The position numbers were made by a program, and so were the translations under genes. From Tubiluchus corallicola (taxonomy: Eukaryota > Animalia > Priapulida): 64,000 nucleotides of DNA. The stretch lies in contig JAQGDQ010000114.1 of assembly GCA_030141605.1 (NCBI GenBank), positions 248,001-312,000 of the forward strand, in the 5' to 3' direction. The notes beneath the pieces were generated by a model, which saw only the letters and a program-made list of their open reading frames with translations, was not told the DNA's origin and did no database searches. This document shows positions 12,928 through 24,786 of this stretch, one piece after another (positions within the stretch are counted from its first letter, which is position 1; every line of letters begins with the position of its first letter).

Positions 12928-14025
12928 CCAAACCCTCCAAATACAGTGGAGATGTATTCACGTCAGAAGAATACCGTGCCTGGTTAAACCGTGTTTCTTC
13001 TACCTCAGCAATATACGAAACTGTGCGCAGCCAAAGACACGCCGATATACAGAAACGTTTCTCTCGAATACAGAGTGCAGAAACTATGTTGAATGATGGT
13101 GCTGCCACTGATGGGGACATGACCGCAGAAGAATTGGAAGCACAGTTGAGAGAGTTACAACCTTTAGCCCCATCGCTAGCCCGCACCTCCAGCGACAAGC
13201 GTGCACAACCCCAGACTGTTCAGAAACGTGTGCGGTACTTGTTGGATGACGGTGGCAAAGCCTACATTCCCAATCCTTCCCCAACAAAAGCATCAGAGAG
13301 TAGGCAGATACCATTAGACATAAACCCTACCGACTTCCTCAGGTATAAATCGGAAAAGTTTGACGAACATCATCGGAGTAGGAAAACTCTTTCCGGTTTA
13401 CTCACTGTGCATTTATATGCTGGTCGTGGACTTAAGACATCCACACGTTCAGATCAATATAGAGATCTGTATTGTGTAATTGAACTAGACCGATTACATA
13501 AAGCTCGAACTGGGGTCCGAACTGGAGATCAAAATTTCGATTGGGACGAAACATTTGATATTGATTTAGCCCAAAATCAAGACATCGACTTTCTTGTGTA
13601 CAGCTGGGACCCACAGTTTCGGCACAACTTGTGTTACAAAGCTTCTGTTTATTTAATACCTCTGTTTCGTCATTACAAAATGTTAAATCTAGCAATTAAA
13701 ATGGAGCCAAGGGGCACATTATATGTACGCCTGGTATATACAGAACCGAAACTTGTTCTGAAACGAACGCCGTCAATACGGCGAAATGCTGTGTTTGGGG
13801 TTGATTTAGAAACTATAGTAAAACGTGAAAATAGTGGACTGGGTGTACCTATTCTAGTCAAGCGTTGCATAGAAGAAGTCGAGAAAAGAGGTTTAGATAT
13901 AATAGGATTGTATCAACTGTGTGGATCAGCGGTTAGAAAAGTGGAATTGCGTCGTATGTTTGAAAGAAATGCCAGAACAGCTGACTTGACACCAGAGAGT
14001 GTTCCCGATGTCAACGTCATAACAG
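12928..14025 (+). CDS. syd-1: SYD-1/RhoGAP100F-like, exon 4 (C2 domain and start of RhoGAP domain)
   Basis: Acceptor tttttag|CC in phase 1; C2 (GLLTVHLYAGRGLK...FDWDETFDI); RhoGAP (VFGVDLE...VPILVKRCIEEVEKRGL...GLYQLCGS); donor G|gtatct. Confidence 0.93.
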
Positions 14026-14320
14026 GTATCTAGTTACATTCTTGATAGAAGCTTCAATCTTTATTTGACCAAGCAATAATGAATAATTAAAACCTACAAT
14101 AAAGCATAGCATTGCTGACAAGTATGCTCTAAATAATATTTTAGATCACTAGTGAATATTGTCCAACACAGCACTTTAGTGACAACAACATATACTTGAT
14201 TTTTTTTTGCAAACTTAATTGTGTTTGGAGAATGCGAAGAAAGATATGACTGTTAGCTCATGAGTCATTAGCTCATTGACATTAAGAATACAAGTACTTA
14301 TACTGCAGTTCCTTTTACAG

Positions 14321-14481
14321 GCGTGTTGAAAGATTATTTGCGAGAGTTACCTGAACCATTAATAACAGATTGCTTATATCAAATGGTAGTTGATGCACTC
14401 AGTGTCTGTTTGCCGGAAGATCCAGAGGGCAGCGCTCGATTAATGCTCAGTATTCTTGACTGCCTTCCAAAAACTAATAAA
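14321..14481 (+). CDS. syd-1: SYD-1/RhoGAP100F-like, exon 5 (RhoGAP core)
   Basis: ttttacag|GC GTG TTG AAA GAT TAT gives GVLKDYLRELPEPL, the canonical GAP motif; donor AAA|gtaagt. Confidence 0.93.
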
Positions 14482-15550
14482 GTAAGTTTGATGGGCTTAT
14501 AAATTGTTAAGTGCAATGTTTATTGTAATGAATTGTTGATTCCTTTTTGATGGAGCTGTTTGTTCACACCATTGGCCAGAGTCAATCTCCAAATCCATCA
14601 CATGTCAATTAGTTATTTACTTCAATTACTTCAATGGTTGCCAGGTAAATAAGTCATAGTGTGTATTCACTCATTGTACACGTACCCACATAAATGTGAA
14701 TGCTGTAATAATGCCACCAGTTTCACCAATGAATCACATGATTGTGGGACATGTTGTGTATATAAACCACAGTCACCATCTAAATGGATTGCAAATGCCA
14801 GTTAAACTAATGACAGCAAAACTTTTGCAGAAAAAATTTGTCAGCATGTATAATTAGCCTAATTGCATTGCTTGCTGACATGGGTAGATTCCAGTGATTC
14901 CATAATCATAACAAAGTTGTTAGTATTCTTCCTTTGTTCCAGTTTTTGCACCGAGTTTTGTTTAGATGATGCATAGCAAGAGGAGAAGATTTTCTGCGAC
15001 ATTCACCCAAAATAGAAACCAAATTGATCCCTAATCCAGAAACTGTTTTCTATTTAGGCCTGCCAAACTCAATTACTTGCAGCAGTCATCGCTTATGAGA
15101 TATCGATCAGGAAGCTGCAGATTTGTTCAAATCAATATTGTATTGTTTCAGGCTTGGAGAGCTTTAATGTACAGAACTGCAAATCAGGCTACATAGTCAG
15201 TATAAAGCTTTTGCATTGGGAAAGGCTCGTACAAATTTTAAATACTTGTCCACGTTGGATGTTTTCATAATTATTTACCCTGAGTATCCACATGTGCAAA
15301 TGAAAAATAATCAAACTGTAATTTCTGCAAGACAGTTTAGTAGCTAAATATAATATAAGTACATATACATACAGAATTCTGTAGCCTGAAAAGCCCAGAT
15401 GTCCAAAGAATTAACTCTGTTTGTTGTGTGCCTTAAGGGAAAACTTTCATTATTCACTCTTAGTTTTTGAAAAATTGTCTCATGCTATTGCAGATGGCGC
15501 TACTAAAACCTCATAAATCTAAAATATTTTGATGTAGTTATCTTTTGCAG

Positions 15551-15755
15551 AGTACACTTACAATGGTGCTGGACCACATGAAGCTTGTGGTATCTTACAG
15601 TGAGCGCAACAAAATGACAGTAGATAATCTTGCACAGTGTATTGGACCTTTTTTGCTTTGTCCTTCTCCAGGGAGCTCCGGAAGAGTACCTTTGGATTTT
15701 AAAAAGCCAACTGATGTTATGAAACATTTGCTGACTGTATGGCCAGCAAAACAAG
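15551..15755 (+). CDS. syd-1: SYD-1/RhoGAP100F-like, exon 6 (end of RhoGAP)
   Basis: ttttgcag|AGT; NKMTVDNLAQCIGP GAP motif; donor G|gtaaac. An in-frame stop lies at 15788-15790 if this intron is not spliced. Confidence 0.88.
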
Positions 15756-16061
15756 GTAAACCCCAGGCTATGACGGTTTCCTTGCACTGAAATATCAAGT
15801 CAAGTCATTTGGCTTTTACTTGTTAATATTGTTGTGTACTTTCTATTTATTTTGTGCAGTAGCTCTCATCATGTACCGCTTAAAGTCGTAAAGCACAATT
15901 TGAGCTAAAGTATGAAAAATTAGCAGCAGTCTGTTGCCTGCACATTTCCTAAATGTATACATCAATTGATGCACACTGTACACTGTACACATCCACATCG
16001 TAACCAAAGTCATCATAATATCAGTTTTTAGTACAATTGCTATAGTTAATTTCTATTTCAG

Positions 16062-16216
16062 GCTCATCAAATTCAGAAAATCAGTCCAATAATGATGATG
16101 GTACTGTGAGTGGGTTACTACCATCAATGAGTACTGACAGCAGGACATCTCAAAGATCATTGAAATGGACAATGCAGTCTGATCCAAACAAGAATCTGCC
16201 AGAGTCATCGTGTTGA
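16062..16216 (+). CDS. SYD-1/RhoGAP100F-like, terminal exon 7
   Basis: Acceptor ctatttcag|GC in phase 1; open frame GSSNSENQ...NLPESSC then TGA. Confidence 0.7.
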
Positions 16217-18795
16217 CAAGGATACACTTTAGGAAATTTTTAGAAATGACTGTATCATTAGTTGACACGTATCTGGTTATGTAGTGCAATGACAACAATA
16301 TACGTTCACATACGACAGCTGTTTTATAGCATAATAAAACCAATATTGTTCCAGTAGTTTTCTCCTATTTGCATATGTTTTTGGCACACTGCATTTCAGG
16401 TTGCATTTTCCTCAGATGTGGGCAAGTGCCAAACTGACACTTTGTTTCTAAATATGTATTGTTCTGTAATATAATTAAAATTGTACCAGGTAAAATTTTT
16501 ACCGAGTAATGTGCTTATGTTATTTGTTGCACAGTAAGTTGTTTTATGTATAGGGCAAACGATCCTAGGCCAACTGTATGTGTGTAAAAAGTTATGATTC
16601 ATTTTATAGCGTACAATCAGTCATAATCAATACATTTCCAGTATGACAGACAGTATTTCAAATGTCCTTCCCAACTGACCTATTTTGCATGCATCTGAAG
16701 CCACTCTCGTAAGTTTTAAAAACATTCCAAACGCTGGATATTCTTGCAAACAAAACACTCACATTAGCCGACTTGATTATTATAAATCAAAATTATCGAT
16801 CTTGCTTTCTGAAATTCCTAATGGAGTTTGCAAGCCAGTACAGGATGCAGTAGATAAACTTGTTAATGGTTCTATCCATCTTAAATTACTGCACAATTTA
16901 AATTTAAATTGGTGCCAACTTTTGTTTCCGTTTCAAAACAATAACCTGAACTAGTTTTACAGACTGTTCCATTATAAGTGTTTAAATTAAGTTCAGCAGA
17001 ACACACTGCACAAATCATATACTTTTATTTTATTGCAAGTTACTGCAAGGGTTCTGTGTTTCTTAATATATCTCTTTGTAGTAAAGTATAATCTTAAAAT
17101 CATTAGTATTATCATGATCTGTGCAAGTAATAACTTGGTTACTACCAAGTTAGTAAACCGTAGGCCTACCCGTTATTTGTGCGGTGATATTAAGTATCAA
17201 CACTGCCATTTTGTAAGTTATTGTTTATATTGTTCTGTGCTTTTATTGTTGAACGTAAAAATACCATGCATAAAGTTTAATTTTTTCTAATAAAGCATGT
17301 CCTGGCGCTCGTTGGTCAACTACAGATCAGTAATCAAGGTAAAAACACTAAGGGAAAAATTTTTGATATATTCTGACACTTTCTTTTTAAGCGACGTTCC
17401 CTAAATATTTGTATCATTGGCAATTCATAGCAATATGCAAATGTGTATGAGAAAATCACACAAATGTGATAAAAATTTCACCACTGTGATAACATTGAAT
17501 TAATTTGGTACCACAGCTTGGTCATTATTAGCGAATGTAACAAGTTTAAAACCTAAATGTAAACGTTTATATGTGTAAATATTCACTAAACAACCGTGTG
17601 AAACTAGGTGAAAATTTTGCTTACGTTATTTATTTAAAATTAAAGTGTAGAAACGAACGTTATGTTACGAGTTATATGGAGTGGCATTTTTTATACGAAG
17701 ATGCAAAACTTCCTTTGCCTGGTGCAATAACAATTGTCAAAAAAGATCTGCATTTAAATCCCGCTTTTATACGATCTTGATGTATTTACTATTTAGGGTG
17801 CGTATTATGTCATTTTTCATTCAGGCTTGGAGCCATGTACGTTATTTAGGTAGGTTTGTTTGCAATACTAATTTTGTACTTGTACTTAAGTTTTTATACC
17901 TGCGCAATTTTAAATTATGTTTGAATAAAACTCGCGTGGTGTTGCTAGTCACTCCTAATAAATTATGATCGTGTAAACAGTTTACTTAATTTTACTGTTG
18001 CTAGATTTAGAGAGAAAGAACATAGTGTAAAGCAATTGCCCTTGTGGGCATTTACATGTTAGAGTAAAAATAAAATATTAGTTAAACAAAAAACGCTTAC
18101 TGCTTTCACTCAGTGTCAGCTGTTTAAAAAGAAATAAAAATCTGAACATGCACAAACGTCTTGGCCTATTTAAAGAATTTTTTCAAATAATTGAAGCAAA
18201 ATATGTTTAGGTTAATTAAGCTAATTCAGAAAAAGTATCACTAATTTCGCCCATTCCTACTCATTACTGACTATAATGATAAATTTAATTCAAGAAGCTT
18301 CCAAAGCCTGCTTAATAACATGGTTCACAATTTATGTTAAATGTAGTACACTAATACACCTTGAATTATTATGAATGAATAGAGCTTAAAAACTAAATGT
18401 GAAAAGAGGCTGCATATTTATAAATAGTATATTTATTTTAAGTAACAATAACAGATAAATAGCGTGAGAAAAATTTTAACTCGCCTTCTCACAATTTTGA
18501 TTTCTATAAAAAATACATTGCAAACCAGCAAACAGTGAACAATAAATTTCTTTTTACTTTTCACTAATCTGGATAAGTTTGGATGGAAGACACATCTAGA
18601 ATAGTTGTATGTTCAGTTTATCTACTTTTTTCACCTTGCAAATTGTACATGTGTAGCATAGTCATGTGAAATCATGGCACAAGTGCAAGATTTACGATTG
18701 TTTGTATACAGCAATAAGATTTACAAAACAGACTTTTAACGAATGAATGAGCACTAACAAGCATGTAAGTGCTTACCATTCAGATCTTATAAAAC

Positions 18796-19507
18796 GGCGC
18801 GCAGTAAAAATGGCACAGGAAAAAATGGCACATACGTTATTTTGATGCAGCGGTTTTCTATAAAACTACAATGTGCTCAGGAAGCAGATTTCTACTAAAG
18901 CCGAACAATACAAAACTTATGTCTGATTCTTTTGATTAAAAAAATTAATGCAAAGATAAATAAGCAAACATACAAAAATGTACTTGCATTGGTTTTATAC
19001 AAACTAGTAAAAGACTCACAAAATATTTGTTCATTAAATAAATCTATAATCAATAATGCGTATACATATAATGCATTCCACATAGTGTTAACATTTTTAA
19101 CTATTAATTTTGGCAATCATAGTAAACTGACAAAAGTTATAGACAACGTTACACAATTTTCCAAATGAGAATTTCTCGAACGTGGTTCATGAACGTTTTT
19201 TCTACGTTCTCTGGTGTTTGGTCGAGTTTTGCGAAAAAGAGCCAGCGAAAAGATTTCTATTTTGGCACTCTATACCAACCTTTCTTCACAAAGTTAATTG
19301 GAAATCTGTTAGATAGTTTTTGCCTAATAGGCTTACTGCTGTAAACAGACAAACAAACTGTTGAAGCATATCATCAATGACAAAGGTAAAAATAATAACT
19401 AATATAATTATCCCCACTGTAACCCTAAAACGTATTTTAAGTGTGCCATTTTTTTCCTATGCCCTTTTTACCGTGCTATTTTTCCCGTGCCATTTTACCT
19501 ACATTCC
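18796..19507. mobile_element. MULE-like MITE
   Basis: Perfect 9-bp TSD TTATAAAAC (18787-18795 and 19508-19516), GG...CC termini, subterminal AAAATGGCAC/GTGCCATTTT inverted subrepeats. Confidence 0.8.
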
Positions 19508-20826
19508 TTATAAAACATTAGATTAAGCACAATATTGTGTTTTTAGTAAAAAGCAAACTGTTTTCATTAAGTTTTCTGTCAAAATTTCTATGTAGCCTGT
19601 AATACAGGAGTCCCAATTATATAGAAAAGTAGATTTGTGAAAGTTTAATGCAATAACACATTGTATTGAGCAGTCATGTATCACAGTAGCATGAAGTGGA
19701 AGTTCAGATCACTGGTTCACCTATTTAGTGCAGTCTAATGTAGTCCCATTATGCAGTCTATAAAAACCCTCTGTGCAAAACACTTAAACTCTATTTATAT
19801 ATATTAGCCTGCATTATAATTATAAAGAAATTAATACTAGATCTATAGTGCATACAAATTTCAGAATAAACACAATTTTATGGTGCCACTTGTTGGTCAA
19901 ATAAAGAATAAAAATTCTATTTTACAAGTTCTTAGCTGAAACCAATAATTTTCACAAATGCACATTTTAATGTATCACAGTTAATTTTTAAAAATAAGAA
20001 GGCCTTATTAAAATCTATAAACAACTACAAGAACGATGTAGGACTGCTCTGCTATGGCTACAAGCTACGAAATCATATACATGGCAATTTTTTATTAAAA
20101 AAGTTGTCCAACAATACTACTGTTAAAATTTGCAGATTGAATTCAGACCTGCTCTTCAGAGACTTGCTGATAAATTACTAAGCCACTCTGCAACAATAAC
20201 CTCTAACATCAGAAAAATAAAAGCTGGATTGGTATCATTAAATTTTCAGCTTTTTAATTGTTTCGTTTAAAAATACGCTAAACCAGTCTGTAATCTTGAC
20301 AGTTGATATTTGATCAGAAAGCATGTAGCATAAGGCAAGCTGTGCACAAGCCAATAATACCATAGAACATCTTATTTGTGACCCGAATTCTTTTTGCATA
20401 AAATTAAAAAAATTCTTATAAAATATAAAAATGTATTAAATAAATGACAGCACCCACCATTAACACAGTGCAAAGTTTAAGCAATGCACTTCACTTTTAC
20501 TATTGATTTATAGACTGGGCTTCTACTGATCACTTGCTAATTACACAGGGATACATCACTAACATATCAGACTAATTTTTCACAATACAGTGTGGGCTCA
20601 ACGTATAGTGACAACTGAAGTCAAGCTATTCTACTTTTATATTTGAACAATAATTGTGCGCTTCACCTGGTTAAACAGTGTTAGTGAACACTGCTGAATG
20701 TGTAATTATAACTATTCTATAACACGCAACCTATTTGTTTGAGTAATATGAGCTTTTACTGTCTATCTTTGGCATAACGATCAGCTTCTAGCAGGCTTTG
20801 TAAAGCCCAATAAGACTGTTTACAAG

Positions 20827-20976
20827 TCAGGCTGATTCTTCAAAGGCTTGGTCCTTATTGAAAGGTATTACAGCATTTGAACTATCACTCACGGAAACAG
20901 TGAGCTCAGTTGCTTCATTTGGCACTCCAACATGTACATAGTGTTTTGATTTAAACAAGTCTGAGACAAAAAAAGC
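20827..20976 (-). CDS. PLPP: Phospholipid phosphatase (PAP2/LPP, wunen-like), terminal exon 7
   Basis: Acceptor ccag|GCT; AFFVSDLFK...EESA then TGA; phase 0. Confidence 0.85.
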   Translation of the reverse strand, partial: AFFVSDLFKSKHYVHVGVPNEATELTVSVSDSSNAVIPFNKDQAFEESA

Positions 20977-21208
20977 CTGGAAATAAAAGGAATCATCACA
21001 TAAAATGACGATTTAGAAATAGGTATTGACAATTAAATCCAAAAGACTTTTACTGATAAATTTTTAATTAGAGTAACAAAGTGCCTAAATAGCTCTTAAG
21101 AAAACGATTTTTAAAAAGCTATTTTAGCGAAAGCCGTTTTTCTCAATTTCTTGTATTTTGGTAAGAAAAAAGATACATGTGAGCAATTTTGCAGCTTGGT
21201 AAACTTAC

Positions 21209-21385
21209 AGTAAGACAACTGATGGTAATTCCTACTACAGAACCAGCAAGAGCATCACTCCAGTGGTGCCGATAATCAGAGATCCTTGACAATGCAGTCA
21301 AGTAAGCCATCGCTAGAAATATGACCTGGAGAGTATGCCTCAGTAGTCGAGCTCCCTTCCATGTCATGCGAACTTGCAAATATAA
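21209..21385 (-). CDS. PLPP: Phospholipid phosphatase exon 6 (C3 motif)
   Basis: SRISDYRHHWSD fits SRxxxxxHxxxD; tgtag|TTA ... ACT|gtaagt. Confidence 0.93.
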
Positions 21386-21695
21386 CTACAATATAAATTT
21401 GTGTTTAACTACCTGTAGTTATTTACCTTTCAAAAGATTAAAATTACAACAATTATTTAGTAAAATCAGAAACAAATTTTAAGTTTGTCATTCAAAATAA
21501 GCAAAAAAAACGTTTTCCGAAATATTTTCAAGTATTATAAAACATCATTTTGCAACTTCGAATGCATTATTTAAAAAGGTTTAGCAGTTAAGAGGTATGA
21601 TATATGAGCTGCTCTTCTTCATAATTTAAGCAAATTGTTAGGAATTTTTTAACCTTTTATTAGAAACCTAAAACTTCACCAAAATTAATGGCAAC

Positions 21696-22093
21696 TAGGG
21701 GTGAACATTCCCTATCAGAAAGTGAATGCGGATCAAATTTTTGACTTTTGAACTCTAATCAAACCGAATTTCAAGATATTGAATTCAGTTTTAAGGATTT
21801 TTGAATCATTAATAAAAAACAGTCTTGCAAAGATCATGCCTATTTCTTTATTTTGTTCTGCAGTAAAAACACTAATACATGTATTTGTATAAAAATTGTG
21901 CACAGAAAATCTCAGGTAAACTGTGCTGGTTATCTGCTATTTCCAAACGTAAACAACGTATGTAGTTGAAATGCTGAATTATTCGAATCCATAATTTTAA
22001 GTTGGAATTGAATTTGAACTAAAAAAATGGTTCAAAAATGAAGTTTGAGTTCAATTCGAATGTTCGAACTAGAACATTTGATGCTCACCCTTA
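21696..22093. mobile_element. hAT-like MITE (TTCGAA-rich family)
   Basis: TIRs TAGGGGTGAACAT / ATGCTCACCCTTA; imperfect 8-bp TSD ATGGCAAC/ACGGCAAT; related copy in opposite orientation near 48925-49050. Confidence 0.65.
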
Positions 22094-22544
22094 ACGGCAA
22101 TCGAGGGTGGGAGAAATGAGAACGAATTTAGAATTTCACGGATTTTGCAAGGTATGTTACATGAATAACAGTAAATTAAAATGCAAACACTTTTACAAAT
22201 GACTTTTCTGGCTATTTCAAATGGGTGATTTTGAAGCTTTATAATGCTTATTTAATTTAGCTACTGAGCTAATAATTCTTCTGCATACAGACATTGCAAA
22301 TTGCCAATTAGATTGTGCAAAAGAATAAGACACAAGTGCAAACTAGCCATTACTGCACAGTGTGACTGTTTCCAGCAACACAAATTTAGTATTTGAGAAT
22401 TTCAAAACTGCTCTCCTTTTCGGCAGTGCTTGTACAGCCAGTGAAATAGTTTTTAGACATTATTAATGTATAATGATGCATTAGACTTGTATTCTAGTAA
22501 TAAGTTAATTTAACTAAATTATCAAAACAAGAAACGGAACTTAC

Positions 22545-22602
22545 TGACAGGTAAGTTAAACAGTAGAACGAAAATGATGCATGGCCTGATATGAAAGACA
22601 AT
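22545..22602 (-). CDS. PLPP: Phospholipid phosphatase exon 5 (C2 motif)
   Basis: RLSFISGHAS; tgtag|A ... TCA|gtaagt; phase 2/0. Confidence 0.92.
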
Positions 22603-22715
22603 CTACAATAAGAAAAAAAACAAACACACATTAATATCCAAAAAATCTGATTATTTACTGTGGGTGTATTTGTCAGGAAGTGGGAGATGCTCATAATGTA
22701 AAGTATAGTCTACAC

Positions 22716-22837
22716 CAGGAGTGTCCAACATACGGCCCGCGGGCCAGAATCCGGCCCGCCATGCGTTTCTATCCGGCCCGCGACTACTTTGAAGTGTGTA
22801 CACTTGGCCCTCAGTTCAAAAAGGTTGGACACCCCTG
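22716..22837. mobile_element. hAT-Charlie-like MITE, 122 bp
   Basis: TIRs CAGGAGTGTCCAAC / GTTGGACACCCCTG (1 mismatch), perfect 8-bp TSD GTCTACAC, internal CGGCCCGC motifs. Confidence 0.9.
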
Positions 22838-22999
22838 GTCTACACAAACACACATAGCTGGCTCTGAAAAGTTCTCTTCCAAAAGTAATAAGTACTTGTC
22901 AGTAATTTTAGGGATACTTAAGAAAACTTTTCTTGATCAAAAGCATTCTGCTGCATTCAACATTAACTCTACTGAATAAGATTCTGATTAGCTCGAACT

Positions 23000-23447
23000 T
23001 GTGAAAAAGTTAGAACACAGTTTCAATTTGAACGAGAGATCCTAGGCATACAAGGCAGATGCTGCTAGACTACCATATCCCCAGCAGTTATACAGTTCAA
23101 ACTCTAAAGTTAGTTTGAAGGTCCAAATTTAACTGGCCAGACAGTTTCTGCATTTCCAATTTCAGGAAACTCACACTAGAGTTATTCTAACTAATTAGAT
23201 TAATTTTAATTACTTTTCCATTAATTTTGAACCTGAAATTCCCATGGGTGTGTCATTAAATGTTTATAATCTTAATATCAATAGTAATAACAGTTGAAAT
23301 TAAACTACGGAAAAGCAGAAAATCGTGAAGAAGTAGGAACGCAGTCTAGACTTGAACCAGGGACCTTCTACTGGTAACCACGGCATCTGCCTTGTAAGCT
23401 ACAATGTTCCTGGTCTGAATCCAGGCTATGTTCTAACTTTTTCGCAT
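23000..23447. mobile_element. Foldback-like element with inverted arms
   Basis: GAAAAAGTTAGAACA / TGTTCTAACTTTTTC and TACAAGGCAGATGC / GCATCTGCCTTGTA inverted pairs; B-box-like GGTTCAAG on minus inside. Confidence 0.6.
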
Positions 23448-23815
23448 TTTTTGGCTTTTCAGAGTTGGATTTCAAAATTTCTATTAATTGTGAGTTTGTA
23501 ATAATATTACTGTGAGTACATACAGTGCTTCAAGGTCTATTGCTTACTTTTAAATGATCTATACAACGGTAAGCAAAAACTCAAGGTAATGTAATTTGAT
23601 TTTTAAAATTGTTATGTGGGTCAACTGTGACATCTCTTTTAAAGTTATCAGACTTTGGATATTTATGATTTAACAGTATGATTTAACAAAAAGCTGTCAT
23701 GAAGCATGTTTGTGCATAAATAACTAGTCCTAAAGGCAAAGCATTGGGTTACTACCAAACAGAGATTTTCTGCACATGTAACTGCAACTTTGTGAAAATT
23801 TATAAGTAACTTTAC

Positions 23816-24014
23816 CTAGCTTCACGGATGTCTGACTCAATACCAGTGCATAATTCATCTTCTATATATAGGTATTCACCTAAACTGTTTTTACAGATTG
23901 AGTCAGATAGATTAGGCTTGCACACAGCAAACCAGTGCGGCCTCAATCGTCCACTGCAATACTTTGCAAAGTCAGTTATCGACTGACAGACTGCAGCACC
24001 AAACAAGAAAAAGC
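23816..24014 (-). CDS. PLPP: Phospholipid phosphatase exon 4 (C1 motif)
   Basis: AKYCSGRLRPH fits KxxxxxxRP; ttag|GC ... AG|gtaaag. Confidence 0.93.
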
Positions 24015-24786
24015 CTAACAATAAAATTAAAATCACTTTAGCGTCTGCAGAACAAAAGCAATAAGCACAAAACATTTTGCAAATACGAAGACAATGTCAT
24101 GTGACTAGGACTGCAAGAGAATTAATATACAAAAATTATGAGCAGCTGCAGTACAGATAAAAGCTACATTAAAGCAGCGTACAGTAAAATGCCCAACTAG
24201 GCTAACACTGTGACTTTAAATTCTTGAATTAATCAAGGTAAAAATGCTATAAGCAAGAGGTGTACATTTTCACAGTTTTAGTGAAGGGAAGTAAATTCCT
24301 GTTATTTACCCATAAAGTAGCACGTCAAACGGATACCAGCTCTCCCCGAGCTATTTTGCTTGGTAAAAAATGTACAGATATCTCTGTCAGTTCAAAGTAC
24401 TATTTCAAAAAATTATATCTGATAATGTACTAGGCTTTAGTCTCAGATCTGCCAACCCTCTGATATAAGAAAGACTGCAAATTGTAGAACCTCCTGGGTC
24501 AGGACAAGGGTCCAGTCGAGAAGACAAATTATGCCCCAGAAATTTTTGCTTTACTTGGTATCAAAATCAAATTATTAAAAAAATGAATAAAAAACTAAAG
24601 GTAATTTTTGGGTACTACTGAGCTTTCTTATGCTGTTATTGTGGTTCACTATGCTTTATGTGTATATATGTTCATTTGTACACATTGTGATGTACACAAT
24701 AACACATGAAAATGCTAATTTTCAATAACTGCAATCCTCTTTAGTGTAATACATTATGAGACTCACCAATGCTAAGTAGTACTATT

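Noticed and set aside
22575-22600. SFISGH instead of PSGH in the PAP2 C2 motif
   Set aside because: Animal LPPs commonly have a hydrophobic residue here (SFYSGH/SFFSGH); not a defect.
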